DNA of 64,000 nt, taken from contig CAZPNE010000002.1 in assembly GCA_964588255.1 (NCBI GenBank), positions 15,757 through 79,756 on the forward strand. Reading direction: 5' to 3'. Source of the stretch: an uncultured Advenella sp. (GTDB taxonomy: Bacteria; Pseudomonadota; Gammaproteobacteria; Burkholderiales; Burkholderiaceae_B). A program made the translations under genes and the position numbers. Below, piece after piece: positions 50,401 to 61,019 of the stretch. The notes beneath the pieces are model-generated. The model did no database searches. It was given only the letters and a program-made list of their open reading frames with translations, and was not told the origin of the DNA. The number at the start of each line of letters is the position of its first letter. The first letter of the stretch is position 1.

Positions 50401-51561
50401 TTATAGTTTGGGGCGATGATAACCCCCTTTCACGCCATCAGGAGACAGGACTAACTGCCATAATTGATTTGAGCGTGCCCGGAATGAGCCAGCGCAAACC
50501 AATAAGTAATAGCGCCACATGCGATAAAAACGTTCGGAATATTGACCTTTGAATTCATGCCAGTTTTTTTCGAAATTGGCATGCCAGGCCATTAATGTTT
50601 TATCGTAATCGGCACCAAAGTTGTGGACATCCTCTATCACGAACAGGGATTCCAATGAGTCGGAAATCTGTCCAATGACGGGTACTTCTCCATTGGGGAA
50701 AATATATTTGTCAATCCAGGGGTCAGGGTGATGATCGCGGATTTGGCCACCAATCGTATGCAGTAGAAACAGGCCGCCTTCTTTCAGGTTGCGGCGGGCT
50801 ACTTCAAAATAGGTGCGGTAGTTTTTGCGTCCGACATGCTCAAACATGCCCAAGCTGACAATGGCATCGTATTGTTCGTGCAGGTCGCGGTAGTCTTCCA
50901 GCCGAAACGTGACTGGCAGGCCGTGGCATAATTGTTCGCCATATTGGGTTTGTTCTTTTGAGATGGTAATGCCAGTGCAGGACACGCCGTAATTTTCTGC
51001 TGCATAGCGCATAAAACTGCCCCAGCCGCAACCAATATCCAGTACATGCATGCCGGGTTGTAAATTCAGTTTCTGGCAAACCAGATCCAGTTTGGCTAAT
51101 TGGGCATCGTTCAGGTTATCGGCCTTGTCCCAGTAACCGCAGGTGTAAGTCATATAGGGATCCAGCATTTTGGCAAAAAAATCATTGCCAATGTCATAGT
51201 GTGTTTCACCCACTTCCCAGGCACGGGTGCGTGTCTGGTGATTAAGGATTTGCGCCCGTAAGCTATACCACAGTGTACTAAGGCTTTTGATTTTGGTATC
51301 CAGTTTGCTGCGCAGGATCAGATTGATTAGTTCATCAATTTGCTGGCAATCCCACATGCCGGCCATATAGCTTTCACCCAGACCCTTGCTGCCTTGCGCC
51401 AGAATCAGGTCGGCAGCTTTGGGATTATGAATCTGTAGATCCCATAAATTGTTGCCGTTTATGGTTATGTTGGCACTGTCTAATAGTTGTTTAAGATATT
51501 CGCATGACTTATTTTTATTTGTTTTTAAATTGTCTGCTTCTGTTAACTCCTGGTGTTTCAT
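50401..51561 (-). CDS. cfa: Cyclopropane-fatty-acyl-phospholipid synthase
   Basis: GLGESYM, HYDIGND, LDIGCGWG, GMFEHVG, KYIFPNG; likely ATG at 51561 with AAAGG SD. Confidence 0.94.
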   Translation of the reverse strand: MKHQELTEADNLKTNKNKSCEYLKQLLDSANITINGNNLWDLQIHNPKAADLILAQGSKGLGESYMAGMWDCQQIDELINLILRSKLDTKIKSLSTLWYSLRAQILNHQTRTRAWEVGETHYDIGNDFFAKMLDPYMTYTCGYWDKADNLNDAQLAKLDLVCQKLNLQPGMHVLDIGCGWGSFMRYAAENYGVSCTGITISKEQTQYGEQLCHGLPVTFRLEDYRDLHEQYDAIVSLGMFEHVGRKNYRTYFEVARRNLKEGGLFLLHTIGGQIRDHHPDPWIDKYIFPNGEVPVIGQISDSLESLFVIEDVHNFGADYDKTLMAWHANFEKNWHEFKGQYSERFYRMWRYYLLVCAGSFRARSNQLWQLVLSPDGVKGGYHRPKL

Positions 51562-51744
51562 GGGCTTTCCTTTAGTGGTAGATAAAGAAAACAACACATT
51601 TAATAAAACAATGAAAATAATGCCTAAATAGGCGAAAGGCATTGTGTAATACAGGAATTGGATACCATTTTACATCTCAAGGATATCCTTTTCTTATTTA
51701 TAATTTATAACTTAACATTATGACCATAAAATTTCAAACTCAAT

Positions 51745-52668
51745 CTATGAGGTTCTAATCCCGGATAGATTTTTAAAGCATATTTCCCTGGCTAGTGTCA
51801 GAAAGGCCTGAATGTAAGTGGCGTCCCTGTCTTCGCTACGCACAGCGGCATACAGGGTTTGCCAAATGCCAGGAGGATCACCTAAATGGCAGATTTTAAG
51901 CCATTCCTGGTTTACATAGTCGGTCAAGGTCCAGTTGGGCAGGGCGGCAACGCCGCGGTTGCTGTTAATAAGCTGGATAATAATGGGCGTTAATTCTGCG
52001 GTTCTGGTGGCAACGGGTTCAATGTCGGCCGGATCAAGAAAGGTGCTGTAAATATCCAACCGATCTTTTTCAACCGGATAGGTGATTAAGATCTGGTCTG
52101 CCAGGTCTTGTGGCTTGATATACCGTTTGTGTGAAAGTGGATTGTCTGCGGATACGGCAACCACCAGCTCATACTTGAAAAGCGGGATGTAATCAATATT
52201 TTCCGAGCGCACGGGGTCGGAGGTGATGACCAGGTCCAGGTCGCCTCGGCGCAGGGCAGGAAAAGGGGCAAAAGAAAATGCAGCGGATAGATCCAGTGAA
52301 ATTTGTGGCCATTGTTGGCGGTATGCGTCAAGAGCGGGCATGAGCCATTCAAAGCAGGAGTGGCATTCAATGGCCAGATGTAGCCTGCCGGTATTGCCTG
52401 CTGCCAGTTTTTGCAACTCCCTTTCGGTGGATTTAATCTTTGGCAGGATATCATCAGCCAGTGCAAGTATACGCAGTCCGGCGGTTGTTAGTCTGGCAGG
52501 ACGGGTGCGTCGATTCAGGACATTTGTGCCCAGCCTGTTTTCAAGTTCACGTAGTTGGTGTGACAGGGCGGATTGGGTGACCGAGAGATGATCAGCCGCC
52601 TCTTGGAGAGTACCAAAATTGCAGAGAGCGGTCAGTGTTTCCAGGTGTTTGATTTCAAGCATGTGCAT
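51745..52668 (-). CDS. metR: Transcriptional activator MetR
   Basis: LysR HTH and IECHSCFEWL; divergent from metE. Confidence 0.92.
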   Translation of the reverse strand: MHMLEIKHLETLTALCNFGTLQEAADHLSVTQSALSHQLRELENRLGTNVLNRRTRPARLTTAGLRILALADDILPKIKSTERELQKLAAGNTGRLHLAIECHSCFEWLMPALDAYRQQWPQISLDLSAAFSFAPFPALRRGDLDLVITSDPVRSENIDYIPLFKYELVVAVSADNPLSHKRYIKPQDLADQILITYPVEKDRLDIYSTFLDPADIEPVATRTAELTPIIIQLINSNRGVAALPNWTLTDYVNQEWLKICHLGDPPGIWQTLYAAVRSEDRDATYIQAFLTLAREICFKNLSGIRTS

Positions 52669-52717
52669 GTTCTTTAAACTGGGTTATTAACTTATTCAAT
52701 TAAAATATAAATATATA

Positions 52718-52754
52718 AATCAAGGGCTTAGTTATTAATATTAAATTTTCTCAT
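52718..52754. promoter_or_regulatory. IHF site and MetR-like box in the metR-metE intergenic region
   Basis: AATCAAGGGCTTA (52718-52730) fits WATCAANNNNTTR; ATTAAATTTTCTCAT (52740-52754) resembles the dyad upstream of mesX. Confidence 0.5.
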
Positions 52755-52842
52755 ATTATATTTAGAATTTTGAGATATTTTAATGTTAATTATAAGGCAG
52801 AATCCAGATACTTGATAAACATTCATGCTATTTGAGATTTAT

Positions 52843-55137
52843 ATGACTATTATTCATAATTTAGGTTTTCCCCGGATTGGTGTTCAGAGGGAATTGAAAA
52901 AAGCCCTGGAACAATATTGGGGTGGGCAAATCAATGCTGAGGCGCTTGAATCGATTGGACTGACATTAAGGAAAAAACATTGGCAACAGCAGGCCGATGC
53001 CGGAGTGTCTTTGCTACCTGTGGGTGATTTTGCCTGGTATGACCAGATTCTGGAATGGAGTGCGTTGATTGGTGCGGTGCCAGCCCGTTTTGCACAAGAC
53101 GTCAATCAGGAAGTCGGGCTGGATACGTTATTCAGAATGGCGCGGGGCAAGGCACCCACCGGACAGCCTGCTGTTGCCTGCGAAATGACCAAATGGTTTG
53201 ATACTAACTATCACTACATCGTGCCTGAACTGGAAGCGGGGCAAACTTTCCGTATTGCCCGCAGTTCCCTGTTTGATTATGTCGATGAAGCGATTGCCGA
53301 TGGACATCAGGTCAAGCCGGTTATTCCTGGTCTGTTAAGCTATTTGTGGTTAAGCAAAGGAGATACCTTCACTAATGGCCCAGAGGATGCGCGTAAGCTG
53401 GGCTTGATTCCTGATTTAATGGCGGTTTATGAAAAGGTGCTGGCACGCCTGCAAGTGCAGGGGGTTGAATGGGTCCAGATTGATGAGCCTATCCTGACAC
53501 TGGAATTACCCCAAGTCTGGAAAGATGCCTTCAAACCCGTGTATGAACAGTTGACACAACAAAACCTGAAGATTCTGCTGGCAACGTATTTTGAGGGCCT
53601 GGATGATAATCTTCCCGTGGCAGTAGGTTTACCGGTGGCTGGTTTGCATGTGGATCTGGTTCGTGGAAATGATAATCTGCAAGTCATTGTTGACGGTCTT
53701 CAGCCAGGGCAGATCCTGTCGGCAGGGAGTATTAGTGGCCGTGATATCTGGCGAACAGATCTTGATGCAGCTGCGGCTCGCTTGCAGCCGTTAAAAGAAA
53801 AACTGGGTGAGAATTTATGGCTGGCACCATCCTGCTCTTTATTGCATGTGCCGGTAGATTTGACTCATGAAACCAAGCTTGATGAAGAGATTAAATCCTG
53901 GTTTTCTTTTGCGCGTCAGAAACTTGAAGAATTAAATGCCTTGGCAGCGGTTCTTGATAAACGTTTAACGCCTGCTATTGAGGATTTTTTGTCCAGGCAG
54001 CATCTGGCGATTAAGAACAGAGAAACATCAAGGCGTATTCATAATCCGGTGGTACAACAGCAAATTGTACAGTCCGGGCAGATCAGTCGTGATCGAACGC
54101 CTTTTGGTGAGCGCGTGAAAAAACAGCGTGATGTTCTGGACTTACCGTTGTTTCCAACCACTACTATTGGTTCTTTCCCGCAAACGACCGAAATCAGGGC
54201 ATTGCGGCGTGACTGGAAAAAAGGGATCCTGAGTGATGCTAAATATGAGAAGTCCATCAAGGAAGAAATTGCCAAAGTGGTGACTTTCCAGGAGGAAATC
54301 GGGCTGGATGTGCTGGTTCATGGAGAGCCTGAGCGCAACGATATGGTTGAGTACTTTGGTGAGCTTCTGGCTGGTTATGCTTTCACGGAAAATGGCTGGG
54401 TACAAAGTTACGGTTCACGGTGTGTAAAACCACCGGTTATTTATGGTGATGTGGCTCGCGTTATTCCAATGACGGTTGAATGGACGGCTTATGCCCAATC
54501 CCTAACGAAAAAGCCCATGAAAGGTATGTTGACCGGTCCTGTTACCTTGTTGCAATGGTCATTTGTACGTGATGATCAGCCACGGGCGCAAACGTGTCGC
54601 CAACTGGCCTTGGCATTACGAGGTGAAATTCTTGATCTTGAAAAGGCTGGCATTGGTATTATCCAGATTGATGAGCCTGCGTTCCGTGAAGGCTTGCCAC
54701 TGCGTAAGCAAAAATGGCAGGCATATCTGGATTGGGCGGTTGATGCGTTTCGCCTGTCTACATCAGGCGTTCAGGATGAAACGCAAATCCATACGCATAT
54801 GTGCTATTCGGAATTCAATGACATTATTGAGGTGATTGCCACCATGGATGCCGATGTGATTACCATTGAAACTTCCCGTTCCAATATGGAATTGCTGCAT
54901 GCTTTTGAAGCGTTCCATTACCCCAATGAAATTGGTCCGGGTGTTTATGACATTCACTCTCCCAATATTCCAGATATGGATTGGATGGTTCAATTAATAC
55001 AAAAGGCAGCAGGAAAAATAGACAAGCGGCGTTTGTGGGTTAATCCCGATTGTGGTCTGAAAACAAGAGGATGGCCGGAAACCCGTGCTGCACTTGAAAA
55101 AATGGTTGATGCTGCCAGGCGCTTGCGGATGCAATAA
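52843..55137 (+). CDS. metE: Cobalamin-independent methionine synthase
   Basis: [26 protein letters not shown], and Zn ligands in HTHMC, IE and NPDCG; ATG at 52843. Confidence 0.98.
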   Translation: MTIIHNLGFPRIGVQRELKKALEQYWGGQINAEALESIGLTLRKKHWQQQADAGVSLLPVGDFAWYDQILEWSALIGAVPARFAQDVNQEVGLDTLFRMARGKAPTGQPAVACEMTKWFDTNYHYIVPELEAGQTFRIARSSLFDYVDEAIADGHQVKPVIPGLLSYLWLSKGDTFTNGPEDARKLGLIPDLMAVYEKVLARLQVQGVEWVQIDEPILTLELPQVWKDAFKPVYEQLTQQNLKILLATYFEGLDDNLPVAVGLPVAGLHVDLVRGNDNLQVIVDGLQPGQILSAGSISGRDIWRTDLDAAAARLQPLKEKLGENLWLAPSCSLLHVPVDLTHETKLDEEIKSWFSFARQKLEELNALAAVLDKRLTPAIEDFLSRQHLAIKNRETSRRIHNPVVQQQIVQSGQISRDRTPFGERVKKQRDVLDLPLFPTTTIGSFPQTTEIRALRRDWKKGILSDAKYEKSIKEEIAKVVTFQEEIGLDVLVHGEPERNDMVEYFGELLAGYAFTENGWVQSYGSRCVKPPVIYGDVARVIPMTVEWTAYAQSLTKKPMKGMLTGPVTLLQWSFVRDDQPRAQTCRQLALALRGEILDLEKAGIGIIQIDEPAFREGLPLRKQKWQAYLDWAVDAFRLSTSGVQDETQIHTHMCYSEFNDIIEVIATMDADVITIETSRSNMELLHAFEAFHYPNEIGPGVYDIHSPNIPDMDWMVQLIQKAAGKIDKRRLWVNPDCGLKTRGWPETRAALEKMVDAARRLRMQ

Positions 55138-55145
55138 GTCATTGG

Positions 55146-55177
55146 GTTTATTTCTAGGGTAAACCCTAGAAATAAAC
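55146..55177. repeat. Perfect 14-bp inverted repeat
   Basis: GTTTATTTCTAGGG-TAAA-CCCTAGAAATAAAC just after the metE stop. Confidence 0.9.
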
Positions 55178-55265
55178 GATGAATTTAAGAATTCAGGCAT
55201 GATGATTTGCGGGTAAGCTATACTTTCCGCAATCATTTATCAATTGTTCTTAACTTCGTCTCATA

Positions 55266-55835
55266 ATGCCATTTGATTCTTCAGTACGCCGTAAACCCAT
55301 TCATACTCGAAAAATAGAAATGAATTCCTTTTTAAGGGAGGATGGATTGTGGGAGCTTGAAGCATCTTTGCTCGATTACAAGGCTTACGATTTTCCCAAA
55401 CGCAATGGCAGTATTAAAGTAGCGGGTTCACCGGTACATAATATGACAATCTGTCTACTGGTAACCGAAGACGGAGAGGTACGTGATGCCCGTGCGCATT
55501 ATGATAATGCACCTTATGATCAAACCTGTTCAGCAATCGAGGCTGCTTACAAGGGGTTGATTGGTTTGCATTTGCTAAGAAATTTTCGCAATGCGGTCAA
55601 AGAACGCTTTTCCAGAACATCTGGTTGCACTCATATGTCTGAACTTGTTATATTATTACCAACGGTTTTTGTTCAAAGTTTGTCGGCATCCCGTAACCGG
55701 AAAGAAGCACAGTCGGGTAAAAAGCCTTTCCAGCTCGAAGGTTGTCATGCCCTGGCTTTAACCTCACCCGTGGTAAAAGAGTTTTACCCCGACTGGTATG
55801 TCAATGAAGCTTTGGAAACGGGCAAGATCAATTGA
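55266..55835 (+). CDS. DUF2889-like protein
   Basis: HTRKI...REDGLW...D, VHNM, GCTHMSEL and C-terminal GCHAL; located upstream of sucC. Confidence 0.78.
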   Translation: MPFDSSVRRKPIHTRKIEMNSFLREDGLWELEASLLDYKAYDFPKRNGSIKVAGSPVHNMTICLLVTEDGEVRDARAHYDNAPYDQTCSAIEAAYKGLIGLHLLRNFRNAVKERFSRTSGCTHMSELVILLPTVFVQSLSASRNRKEAQSGKKPFQLEGCHALALTSPVVKEFYPDWYVNEALETGKIN

Positions 55836-55840
55836 TAGTG

Positions 55841-55872
55841 GCCCCCTGCGCAAGCGGGGCATTTTATTTTTT
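55841..55872 (+). terminator. Terminator/attenuator-like hairpin before sucC
   Basis: GCCCC...GCAA...GGGGC followed by a T-rich tract. Confidence 0.5.
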
Positions 55873-55894
55873 CCTACATCTATATAGGTAATAC

Positions 55895-57055
55895 ATGAAG
55901 ATCCATGAGTATCAAGGTAAAGAACTTCTAAGGAAGTTTGGCGTTACCGTACCTCGCGGTATTCCCGCATTCTCTGTTGACGAGGCTGTAAAAGCAGCAG
56001 AAACACTGGGCGGACCAGTTTGGGTTGTCAAAGCCCAGATTCATGCCGGTGGTCGTGGAAAGGGCGGTGGTGTCAAATTGGCCCGTTCTATCGATGAAGT
56101 GCGTCAATTGGCTTCTGAAATCCTGGGCATGCAACTGGTTACACACCAGACTGGCCCAGAGGGACAAAAAGTCAAGCGTCTTCTTATTGAAGAAGGTGCG
56201 GACATTAAAAAAGAATACTACGTTGGTATCGTTACCGATCGTGCTACCCAGCGCGTTTGCGTCATGGCATCTAGCGAAGGCGGCATGGATGTAGAAGAAG
56301 TTGCCGAAAAAACACCCGAAAAAATCTTGAAAGTATTTGTTGATCCGGCCACTGGCCTGACCGATGAAGAAGCGGCAGAGCTTGCACGTGGTATTGGTGT
56401 ACCTGAGGCATCTGTTGCCAAAGCTGCAGCAGAGTTCCAGAAACTGTATCAGGTTTATTGCGAAACCGACTCCTCTTTGGCTGAAATCAACCCGCTGATC
56501 CTGACCGGTTCCGGTGATATCATCGCCCTTGACGCTAAATTCAATTTCGACTCAAACGCATTGTACCGGTTGCCCGAGATCGTTGCTTACCGCGATCTTG
56601 ATGAAGAAGATCCTGCTGAAATCGAAGCCAGCAAATACGATCTGGCCTATATCCAGCTCGATGGCAATATCGGCTGCCTGGTTAACGGTGCCGGCCTGGC
56701 GATGGCAACCATGGATACTATCAAGCTGTTCGGTGGCGAGCCGGCCAACTTCCTTGACGTAGGTGGTGGTGCAACAGCAGAGAAAGTAACCGAAGCGTTC
56801 AAGATCATGTTGAAAAACGAAGGTGTGAAAGCGATTCTGGTTAATATTTTTGGCGGTATCATGCGTTGCGACGTGATTGCCGAAGGCGTTATTGCTGCAT
56901 GCCGTGCGGTAAACCTGAATGTTCCTTTGGTTGTTCGCATGAAAGGAACCAACGAAGAACTGGGCAAGCAAATGCTGAAAGATTCAGGTCTTCCCATTAT
57001 CAGCGCTGACACAATGGCAGAAGCTGCAACCAAAGTTGTTGAAGCAGCCAAGTAA
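55895..57055 (+). CDS. sucC: Succinyl-CoA synthetase beta subunit
   Basis: [34 protein letters not shown]. Confidence 0.98.
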   Translation: MKIHEYQGKELLRKFGVTVPRGIPAFSVDEAVKAAETLGGPVWVVKAQIHAGGRGKGGGVKLARSIDEVRQLASEILGMQLVTHQTGPEGQKVKRLLIEEGADIKKEYYVGIVTDRATQRVCVMASSEGGMDVEEVAEKTPEKILKVFVDPATGLTDEEAAELARGIGVPEASVAKAAAEFQKLYQVYCETDSSLAEINPLILTGSGDIIALDAKFNFDSNALYRLPEIVAYRDLDEEDPAEIEASKYDLAYIQLDGNIGCLVNGAGLAMATMDTIKLFGGEPANFLDVGGGATAEKVTEAFKIMLKNEGVKAILVNIFGGIMRCDVIAEGVIAACRAVNLNVPLVVRMKGTNEELGKQMLKDSGLPIISADTMAEAATKVVEAAK

Positions 57056-57070
57056 GGAAGGAATTCATCA

Positions 57071-57952
57071 ATGTCTATTCTTATCAATAAAGACACAAAA
57101 GTAATTACTCAGGGTATTACAGGTAAAACCGGCCAGTTTCACACGCGTATGTGCCGTGAATACGGTAATGGTAAAGAAGCCTTTGTTGCCGGTGTAAACC
57201 CTAAACGTGCTGGCGAAGATTTCGAAGGTATTCCAATCTACGCTTCTGTTAAAGAAGCCAAAGAAGAAACCGGTGCCACTGTTTCCGTTATTTATGTTCC
57301 ACCAGCAGGTGCTGCCGCCGCTATCTGGGAAGCTGCTGAAGCTGACCTTGATCTGGCTATTTGCATTACCGAGGGTATTCCTGTTCGTGACATGCTAGAG
57401 TTACGCAACCGCATGCGCGCTGAAAACAAGAAAACCCTGTTGTTGGGTCCTAACTGCCCTGGTTTGACCATTCCTGATGAAATCAAGATTGGTATTATGC
57501 CCGGTCACATTCACCGTAAAGGTAAAATCGGTATTGTCAGCCGTTCTGGTACATTAACTTATGAAGCCGTTGCACAGGTTTCAGAGTTGGGTATGGGCCA
57601 GTCTGCTGCGGTTGGTATTGGTGGTGACCCAATTAACGGCCTGAAACACATCGATATCCTGAAAATGTTCAACGATGATCCGGAAACCGAAGCCGTCATT
57701 ATGATTGGTGAAATTGGTGGACCTGATGAAGTCAATGCGGCATTGTGGGCTAAAGATAACATGACAAAACCAATTGTTGGTTTTATCGCCGGTGTTACAG
57801 CGCCTCCCGGAAAACGTATGGGTCACGCTGGTGCCCTGATTTCTGGTGGTGCCGATACTGCTGATGCCAAACTTGAAGTGATGGAAGCTTGCGGTATTCG
57901 TACAACCCGCAATCCTTCTGAAATGGGCAAATTACTGAAATCCATTCTGTAA
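57071..57952 (+). CDS. sucD: Succinyl-CoA synthetase alpha subunit
   Basis: QGITG, GPNCPG, SRSGTL, MGHAGA (phospho-His). Confidence 0.98.
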   Translation: MSILINKDTKVITQGITGKTGQFHTRMCREYGNGKEAFVAGVNPKRAGEDFEGIPIYASVKEAKEETGATVSVIYVPPAGAAAAIWEAAEADLDLAICITEGIPVRDMLELRNRMRAENKKTLLLGPNCPGLTIPDEIKIGIMPGHIHRKGKIGIVSRSGTLTYEAVAQVSELGMGQSAAVGIGGDPINGLKHIDILKMFNDDPETEAVIMIGEIGGPDEVNAALWAKDNMTKPIVGFIAGVTAPPGKRMGHAGALISGGADTADAKLEVMEACGIRTTRNPSEMGKLLKSIL

Positions 57953-57968
57953 TATGTCCTAGCACAAT

Positions 57969-58009
57969 AAAAAACCGCCAATCAATAATATTGAAAATGG
58001 CGGTTTTTT
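57969..58009 (+). terminator. sucCD terminator
   Basis: AAAAAACCGCCA...TGGCGGTTTTTT. Confidence 0.85.
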
Positions 58010-58284
58010 ATTTGCAGTAAAGGTCACTGTAAGCGGGCACTTGCCGTATTGGCAAGAGGAAAAACAGTTTGCAGTATTGGCTGGTTTTCAGGCTTATAAG
58101 GTAGACTTTTGACATTCAAAATTAAAACTACCTTGAACTGAATTATAATCTGTTGTTTTCTTTGGAAACGCAGTAAATATATGATTCAATACAGGCAACA
58201 TTTAGCCGTTAAGGCTATTTGGAACAGGTGGTAAAATTTTTCCTGTTCATAAATTGTCTTCTTAACAAGAAAATAGGTAAACAG

Positions 58285-59007
58285 ATGTTAGAGTTTTTTC
58301 AGCATATCAATTGGGCCGCAGTCGGTTCAATTATTTTAGTAGATCTTCTTCTAGGTGGGGATAATGCCATTATTATTGCCTTGGCCTGCCGAAATCTGGA
58401 GAAGGCGCAGCGCATGAAGGGTATTCTCTGGGGTACCGTGGGTGCAATCTCTTTGCGCGTAATTCTTATTGCTTTCGCCCTTCAATTATTAACCATTCCT
58501 TTCCTGAAAATAGTGGGTGCAGCGCTGCTTCTGTGGATTGGTATCAAACTGCTGATCCCGGAAGAGGATCATGGTGAAGGAATTACGGCAAGCAGTAGTG
58601 TCTGGGGTGCCGTTAAAACCATCCTTATTGCCGACCTTGTCATGAGCCTGGATAACGTACTGGCAATTGCCGGTGTCGCTGACAGTACGCATGCGGATCA
58701 TCAATTGGCTTATGTTGTTTTTGGCTTGGTGGTCAGTGTGCCTATCATTATCTGGGGTAGTACACTGGTACTTAAATTAATTGATAAATTCCCGCTGGTC
58801 ATCCTGTTTGGTGCTGGTTTGCTTGGCTGGCTGGCTGGTGGTATGCTTGTCACCGACGTTTATGTTGTAAACACATTCTTTGCAGGCGAAGGTGCATCTA
58901 AACTCATCCTGTATTCTGCCGAAGTTATTGGGGCATTGCTTGTTATGGGTGTGGGTAAATTTATTGCCTCGAGAAAAACGGCTCAAATGTCTGAAAAGGC
59001 TGGATAG
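58285..59007 (+). CDS. TerC-family (YjbE-like) membrane protein
   Basis: DLLLGGDNA and ADLVMSLDNVLA motifs; ATG at 58285. Confidence 0.9.
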   Translation: MLEFFQHINWAAVGSIILVDLLLGGDNAIIIALACRNLEKAQRMKGILWGTVGAISLRVILIAFALQLLTIPFLKIVGAALLLWIGIKLLIPEEDHGEGITASSSVWGAVKTILIADLVMSLDNVLAIAGVADSTHADHQLAYVVFGLVVSVPIIIWGSTLVLKLIDKFPLVILFGAGLLGWLAGGMLVTDVYVVNTFFAGEGASKLILYSAEVIGALLVMGVGKFIASRKTAQMSEKAG

Positions 59008-59040
59008 CCCATATTTATTTTAAGGATAGTTAGTTAGAAT

Positions 59041-59136
59041 ATGTCACAAAAACCCAAACTTACCCTGTTGCAACTTTTGTTTGTCCTGGCGGTTATCGGT
59101 ATTGTTATTGCTGTCCTTGCCAATTATTTTAAATAG
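59041..59136 (+). CDS. 31-aa membrane peptide resembling a type IV prepilin N-terminus (not in ORF track)
   Basis: Hand translation MSQKPKLTLLQLLFVLAVIGIVIAVLANYFK*; fills the terC-hemC gap. Confidence 0.6.
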   Translation: MSQKPKLTLLQLLFVLAVIGIVIAVLANYFK

Positions 59137-59148
59137 GAAGAACCCGCA

Positions 59149-60084
59149 ATGTCAGTACAACCTGAAAAATTGATTATCGCTACACGAGCCAGTCGCCTGG
59201 CGTTATGGCAGGCTGAATTTGTGCAGGCTAAGTTGCAGGCGCTGTATCCGGCCTGCCGTGTCGAACTGCTAACCATGACGACCAGGGGCGATCAAATTCT
59301 AGATCGTACCCTGTCAAAAGTGGGTGGCAAAGGTTTGTTCGTCAAGGAACTTGAAACCGCTTTGCTCGATGGTCGAGCCGATCTTGCCGTACATTCTCTT
59401 AAAGATGTACCCATGGATCTTGGTTCTCCCTTCCAGTTAGCGGTGGTCATGAACCGGGCAGACCCACGTGACGCATTCGTATCCAATAAGTATGAAAAAC
59501 TGGCCGATTTGCCTGAAGGCGCAGTGGTGGGTACTTCCAGCCTGCGCCGTGAGTCCCAGATAAGGGCAAACTTTCCTCACCTGATTGTAAAACCCTTGCG
59601 AGGAAACCTTGATACACGTCTTGGTAAACTCGATAACGGTGAGTACGATGCCATTATCCTGGCTGCAGCCGGGTTGGAGCGCTTGGGCTTGCCAGAAAGA
59701 ATCCGCAGTTGCCTGTCGGTACAGGACAGCCTGCCTGCGGCCGGGCAGGGGGCGCTGGGAATAGAAATTCTCGAGTCCCGTTCCGATGTGCTGGCCGCTT
59801 TGCAGCCGTTGTCTTGTCAGGAAACGCTGGCATGTGTAACGGCTGAAAGGGCGGTTTCATCATTCCTGGGTGGTTCCTGTCAGGTGCCTTTGGCCGCTCA
59901 CGCCGTCATTAATGGCAACGAGCTTGCCATTCAGGCGTTTGTTGCATTACCCGATGGAACCAAAGTGTTGCGTGCGCAAAGCAGTGGCCCGATTGAGCAG
60001 GCAGAACAACTGGGTCTTGCTGTTGCCAAAGAGCTGCATCAGGCGGGTGCCGATAAAATTTTGGCAACATTGTTGAATAATTAA
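59149..60084 (+). CDS. hemC: Hydroxymethylbilane synthase
   Basis: [41 protein letters not shown]. Confidence 0.98.
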   Translation: MSVQPEKLIIATRASRLALWQAEFVQAKLQALYPACRVELLTMTTRGDQILDRTLSKVGGKGLFVKELETALLDGRADLAVHSLKDVPMDLGSPFQLAVVMNRADPRDAFVSNKYEKLADLPEGAVVGTSSLRRESQIRANFPHLIVKPLRGNLDTRLGKLDNGEYDAIILAAAGLERLGLPERIRSCLSVQDSLPAAGQGALGIEILESRSDVLAALQPLSCQETLACVTAERAVSSFLGGSCQVPLAAHAVINGNELAIQAFVALPDGTKVLRAQSSGPIEQAEQLGLAVAKELHQAGADKILATLLNN

Positions 60085-60111
60085 TCGTGTTTTCTTGATT
60101 GGCAAGAAAGC

Positions 60112-60915
60112 ATGAACAGACATATTATTCTTACCCGTCCGGCAGGAAGTAGCTCATCATTACAATCAATGCTTGTTGCGGCGGGTTGGCAGGTTACTGA
60201 ACTGCCGGCCTTGGAGCGTTTCCCCTTGCCTTTAAAGGCAGGGGAAGTTCCCGGCCTTGCTAGCTATAGCCTGGTATTTTTTGTTAGTGGCTATGCGGTC
60301 CAGGTTTTTTTTGGAATGCTGGCAAAATATGGCCAGCATTGGCCCAAAGGGTTGTACGCTGGCGCTGTCGGGATGGCAACGGCCAATGCCTTGCAAGCAC
60401 AGGGTGTTCCTGCCAGTCAAATTATCCATCCGGGTCCCAATACGGAAAATCAGGACTCAGAAGCGTTTTTTGATGAGTTGTTAAAAAAAGACCTCGGAAA
60501 ATTTACCAGTGTCCTGGTCGTTCGTGGCCAATCCGGTCGTCAGTGGCTTGCTGAGAAATTACAGGCTTTACATATTCGGGTAACTTATTTGCCGGTATAC
60601 GAACGAAAGCCCCGGACATGGACAACATCTGAAAGTGAACAAATGTTATCGCTGCTTCAATCAAATCAAGAAATTAGCTGGCTGTTAACCAGTAAGGAAA
60701 GCGTTGACAGCGTATTTAATGAGCTAAAACGAAACCGTCTTGTTCAATACTGCGCAGATCATCATTTTTTGGTAACGCATCCAAGAATTGCAGAGCAGCT
60801 TCATCATCATTTAAAGGCGGTCATGGTTCAATATAATTTGCCTGAAAAGCAGGTTGTTATTAACATATGTCAACCAAGCGATGCCTCAATATTTGAGATG
60901 TTGACCATACCTTAA
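60112..60915 (+). CDS. hemD: Uroporphyrinogen-III synthase
   Basis: ILTRP, FVS, AVGxAT, RGxxGR and VYER motifs; between hemC and hemX. Confidence 0.88.
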   Translation: MNRHIILTRPAGSSSSLQSMLVAAGWQVTELPALERFPLPLKAGEVPGLASYSLVFFVSGYAVQVFFGMLAKYGQHWPKGLYAGAVGMATANALQAQGVPASQIIHPGPNTENQDSEAFFDELLKKDLGKFTSVLVVRGQSGRQWLAEKLQALHIRVTYLPVYERKPRTWTTSESEQMLSLLQSNQEISWLLTSKESVDSVFNELKRNRLVQYCADHHFLVTHPRIAEQLHHHLKAVMVQYNLPEKQVVINICQPSDASIFEMLTIP

Positions 60916-61019
60916 GTAAAATAGTCGTTATCTTCCACTACAATGCGATTATGAGATATAAGCGAACACGCCATACTTTACATTCTAAAAACCATAATCT
61001 CAGCAAGGGATCAAAAAAC

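Noticed and set aside
51710-51737. ACTTAACATTA resembling a XerD arm of a dif site; also GGTGCGCATTA (XerC-arm-like) at 3731 inside wrbA
   Set aside because: In each case only one arm matches; the partner arm at the 6-bp spacing does not fit.
58010-58284. Possible second yybP-ykoY riboswitch upstream of the TerC-family gene
   Set aside because: No GGGGAGTA or CGTCAAC hallmarks; only a short CTTGCC/GGCAAG hairpin.
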